DNA from: Candidatus Magasanikiibacteriota bacterium
Lineage (GTDB): Bacteria; Patescibacteriota; Patescibacteriia; Magasanikbacterales; UBA10003
DNA: 57,471 bases
Direction of reading: 5' to 3'
NCBI GenBank assembly: GCA_035400705.1
Contig: DAOMZV010000001.1
Span: 1-57,471 of the forward strand
A program made the translations under genes and the position numbers. The notes beneath the pieces are model-generated. The model saw only the letters and a program-made list of their open reading frames with translations, searched no databases and was not told the origin of the DNA. Positions 54,843 to 57,471 of this stretch are shown here, one piece after another. Position 1 is the first letter of the stretch. Each line of letters begins with the position of its first letter.

Positions 54843-55373
54843 TTATTCAATACAACAGTCAACAGCTCTTTTTACCAAATTACCAAGTTTTGTCATAAAA
54901 CCACCTTTCTTTTTATCTTCTTTATCCAACTGATCATCATCAATTTTTTTTATTTCACCCAAATCTACCATTTTCATATTCAAACCCCAAAACAAAGAAT
55001 AAAGTTGAAAAGATTTCTCAAACAAATCTTTGGCTTCGGCCTTATCGCCTCGTCCCTGAGCTTTAGTCCCAACCTCCATCAAACGCATACTAGCTGCTAA
55101 TAAATGTTTGGAAATACACCACACTTCACCCTCGTATTGTTTAATCAGTTTTTTTAATAAAGTCTTGCGCATCTCTCGAACCTCCGCTAAAAAATCAAAG
55201 TACTCATTTTTACCAGTCTTCGCTCCAGTAAAAAAGAAATGTTCCTCAATACTAATTAAATTCATGATAGCAATACTCAAATCCTGATCAGACGACAAAT
55301 CCATCTTATCTTGTTTTTTTAAATTATCAACTTTTTCTACTAACTCCTGATAGTCTTTTAATTGATTGGGCAT
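54843..55373 (-). CDS. hypothetical protein
   Basis: 176 aa, helical and charged, ending in CCIE. No recognisable motif. Confidence 0.5.
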   Translation of the reverse strand: MPNQLKDYQELVEKVDNLKKQDKMDLSSDQDLSIAIMNLISIEEHFFFTGAKTGKNEYFDFLAEVREMRKTLLKKLIKQYEGEVWCISKHLLAASMRLMEVGTKAQGRGDKAEAKDLFEKSFQLYSLFWGLNMKMVDLGEIKKIDDDQLDKEDKKKGGFMTKLGNLVKRAVDCCIE

Positions 55374-55375
55374 AG

Positions 55376-55876
55376 CTACTTAGTTAAAAAATAAAAAATT
55401 AGACTTAAAATTACTAAAGTTCCGATTGGAAAAACAACTCGCTGAAAAGAAAAAAATGATTTATTCTCATGATTTTTTTTAAGTTGCGAATGTATTAATC
55501 CAGCTAAAAGAAAAAATAAACTACCAAAAATAATTCCTAACAATAATTTATCAATCCCCCATAATTTATTAAAAGGATGACCCATGATCCCCATCCAATA
55601 AAAAGGTACTACCATCAAACCATAAAATAAAAAAGTAACTAAAATTTTTCTGCCTCTAAATTTTATTTTTTTGCTATTTAACCAATTAATGGTCCAGCCA
55701 ATTAACGATGCAGTCAATCCTCCTACCCATAATCCTGATATAGTATCATCTATTCCCAACCAACGCGATAAACCCAAACCCGCCCCCACGGCCACCGTGC
55801 ACACCGGACAAAAAGCTTTCGCTACCACAGGAAAAGCCAGAAAAAAACTGGGAATTAAAAAGAGAGATTTTTTCAT
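55376..55876 (-). CDS. integral membrane protein with an N-terminal CPVC motif
   Basis: Signal-like N-terminus, then AFCPVCTVAVGAG and about 4 TM helices. Confidence 0.5.
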   Translation of the reverse strand: MKKSLFLIPSFFLAFPVVAKAFCPVCTVAVGAGLGLSRWLGIDDTISGLWVGGLTASLIGWTINWLNSKKIKFRGRKILVTFLFYGLMVVPFYWMGIMGHPFNKLWGIDKLLLGIIFGSLFFLLAGLIHSQLKKNHENKSFFSFQRVVFPIGTLVILSLIFYFLTK

Positions 55877-55887
55877 AACTTAAAAAT

Positions 55888-56250
55888 CTATTTTATTTTA
55901 TCTTGAAAAAACTGAATAATATCGATATCGCCAACCAAACACTGAGAACCATCCCATAAAAAAGGTACACCTAAACTAGAAACCGGCAAACCACACGCCC
56001 CAGCCTTTTCGGCCATTAAAGCAGCATTATTTTTATCTTTATAAACTTCTAAAATAATAAAATTAAATTTTTCTTGCACTTTATTCGTTGTGGCAAATTC
56101 TTCCACCTTGTCGCAATGAGGACAATTATAACCCACAAATAAAATAGGGCCTTGAGTTTCTGCTACTAGACCGCTGGTTTTTTTGGAACAACCAGCGCCA
56201 GCCAAAAATAAGGGTAAAAATAAACCTAAAATAAAAAATTTACTGCGCAT
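55888..56250 (-). CDS. thioredoxin-fold lipoprotein with a DsbA-type CPHC active site
   Basis: Lipobox LFLAGAGC, FVGYNCPHCDKVEEF, and a downstream GVPFL (cis-Pro-like) motif. Confidence 0.6.
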   Translation of the reverse strand: MRSKFFILGLFLPLFLAGAGCSKKTSGLVAETQGPILFVGYNCPHCDKVEEFATTNKVQEKFNFIILEVYKDKNNAALMAEKAGACGLPVSSLGVPFLWDGSQCLVGDIDIIQFFQDKIK

Positions 56251-56304
56251 AAAATATTAAACAATTTTATTTATAATACAACAAAAATCGTAAAAATAAA
56301 AATT

Positions 56305-57003
56305 TTATCTTATTTCACACTTCTCAACCCACTGTTCACAGGCCTTGGCTAGGCTAGTTAATTCTTCATCAGAAATACTTTTACGTCCTACAAATTCTGA
56401 ATTAACTAAATTATCTCTAGAAATAAACTTCTGTAAAACATATTTTTTGGCCCCCTCAACCATTTGAGCCATAGCTAAAATGTCTGCTGGTTCGTGTAAG
56501 CCTTCCACAATAGTAGTTCTAAATTCATAATCTTCTGGTCCAGTTTTAACCAAATCAATACTCTTTTCAATTTCAGATAAATCAAAAGTTTTATCAACTG
56601 TTAAAAAATATTTTGGAAAGGAATTTTTAATATCCATCGCCCAAAAATCCACCAACCCCTTCTGCCGTAAGTCACTAATCATTTGACTATTAGTTCCATT
56701 AGTATCTAATTTGATTAAAAAACCCAAATCTTTAACTTGCTGCAAAAATTTTGCCAAATCTTGATGCAAAGTTGGTTCGCCACCAGTTACCACTAATCCC
56801 TCTAACAAACCTTGGCGTTCCTTTAAAAAATTTAACACGGCTTCTTCTGTCCATTGGTTATTTAAATCTCTTTTTTCCGAGTGAACCAACTCTGGATTAT
56901 GGCAAAAACCGCAACGGAAATTACACCCAAAAGTAAAAATAGTCGCTGCGACTTTACCCGGATAATCCAAGAGGGTAATTTTTTGTATTCCACTAATAAT
57001 CAT
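56305..57003 (-). CDS. nrdG: anaerobic ribonucleoside-triphosphate reductase activating protein (radical SAM)
   Basis: DYPGKVAATIFTFGCNFRCGFCHNPEL, VVTGGEPTL, in an nrdD context. Confidence 0.85.
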   Translation of the reverse strand: MIISGIQKITLLDYPGKVAATIFTFGCNFRCGFCHNPELVHSEKRDLNNQWTEEAVLNFLKERQGLLEGLVVTGGEPTLHQDLAKFLQQVKDLGFLIKLDTNGTNSQMISDLRQKGLVDFWAMDIKNSFPKYFLTVDKTFDLSEIEKSIDLVKTGPEDYEFRTTIVEGLHEPADILAMAQMVEGAKKYVLQKFISRDNLVNSEFVGRKSISDEELTSLAKACEQWVEKCEIR

Positions 57004-57052
57004 AAAAAATTAGATAAAGAAGGCCCCAATTAAGGGGCCCCCATTAAAACTT

Positions 57053-57214
57053 TTAGCAACCGCAATCAGTTACTTGCTTGTCGTATTCTTGACGATCGTA
57101 ATACTCAGCTTGCTTGCCCTTATTCCATTGAGAAACGGGGCGTAAATAACCGACCACACGAGAGTAGACTTCGCATGGCTGTCTCCTCTGGGATAAATCG
57201 TTATTGTTCTCCAT
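57053..57214 (-). CDS. stand-alone glycyl-radical tail of class III ribonucleotide reductase (53 aa)
   Basis: Hand translation gives MENNNDLSQRRQPCEVYSRVVGYLRPVSQWNKGKQAEYYDRQEYDKQVTDCGC. It contains the NrdD C-terminal signature V.SR..GY.RP...WN.GK..E...R. It sits in a different frame from the upstream nrdD body, 5 nt after that body's stop. Confidence 0.6.
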   Translation of the reverse strand: MENNNDLSQRRQPCEVYSRVVGYLRPVSQWNKGKQAEYYDRQEYDKQVTDCGC

Positions 57215-57219
57215 ATATT

Positions 57220-57471
57220 TTAATTAATTAAAGTTTTTTGTTTTTTAGATACCGCTTCGGTATAACCGATTTCATCATCGCACTTAGGACAGAACTGGTG
57301 TTCACCAGCTAAATAACCATGTTTAGGACAAACACTAAAGGTCGGAGTTAAAGTGTAATATGGTAAATGAAAATTTTCCGCAATTTTCTTAACTAATTGT
57401 TTTGTGGCGTCAGCATTGGGTAACATTTCTCCAATAAAACCATGCAATACAGTTCCACCGGTATATCTAGT
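57220..57471 (-). CDS. nrdD: anaerobic ribonucleoside-triphosphate reductase NrdD, C-terminal part of the main body (N-terminus beyond the window)
   Basis: The frame is open to the window edge: TRYTGGTVLHGFIGE...LPYYTLTPTFSVCPKHGYLAGEHQFCPKC (zinc-ribbon region), ending ...KQKTLIN* before the glycyl-radical motif. Confidence 0.75.
   Translation of the reverse strand, partial: TRYTGGTVLHGFIGEMLPNADATKQLVKKIAENFHLPYYTLTPTFSVCPKHGYLAGEHQFCPKCDDEIGYTEAVSKKQKTLIN

Noticed and set aside
57200-57235. The nrdD split as a simple frameshift sequencing error or pseudogene.
   Set aside because: This is not fully rejected and is kept as an alternative in the finding. It is disfavoured as a single-indel artefact because the junction has stop codons in all three frames. 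The downstream piece also has its own ATG, and nrdG is intact.
1-57471. A search for CRISPR arrays, rRNA genes, transposases/integrases, toxin-antitoxin pairs, restriction-modification systems or other named defence systems.
   Set aside because: No repeat-spacer architecture, no rRNA signature blocks, and no DDE, tyrosine- or serine-recombinase motifs were seen in any ORF. No recognisable defence-gene signatures were found by eye, although the small orphan ORFs cannot be classified without database searches.

Overview
The window is about 35% G+C by eye, densely packed and almost entirely coded on the minus strand. Its gene content looks like a reduced-genome bacterium of the Patescibacteria/CPR type under the standard genetic code. 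That lineage call is an inference from content and composition only. Recognisable content: scattered cell-wall and division genes (murE, murG-ftsW-mraY, murB-murC, murF-ftsI); a partial ribosomal/rpoA operon (infA-rpmJ-rpsM-rpsK-rpsD-rpoA-rplQ-rplM-rpsI, rplI, rpmA); pyrG; alaS; secA and secDF; a CIRCE/HrcA-controlled hrcA-grpE-hsp20-dnaK-dnaJ operon; queH; rarA; pilT; nrdD/nrdG; and three tRNAs (Lys-UUU, Glu-CUC, Pro-CGG). The strongest anomaly is a cassette of about 1.7 kb and about 60-65% G+C at 4033-5738. It carries one unrecognisable 467-aa Ala/Glu/Lys-rich gene with its own near-consensus promoter, a structured leader and a double-hairpin terminator, sitting between a translin-like gene and tRNA-Lys. 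No integrase, transposase or clear repeats flank it. Other notable items: a head-to-head Elp3 / Trm9-like methyltransferase pair with start codons 5 nt apart, plus an HD-MnmA fusion; a class III ribonucleotide reductase whose glycyl-radical tail is a separate 53-codon ORF behind stops in all three frames; a parvulin-like insertion in SecD; a coupling-protein-like ATPase operon with two uncharacterised membrane partners; a Nudix-GrpE fusion; an RpoA without the alpha C-terminal domain; and a promoter/terminator-bounded candidate ncRNA of about 270 nt. No CRISPR array, rRNA or recognisable mobile-element genes were seen.
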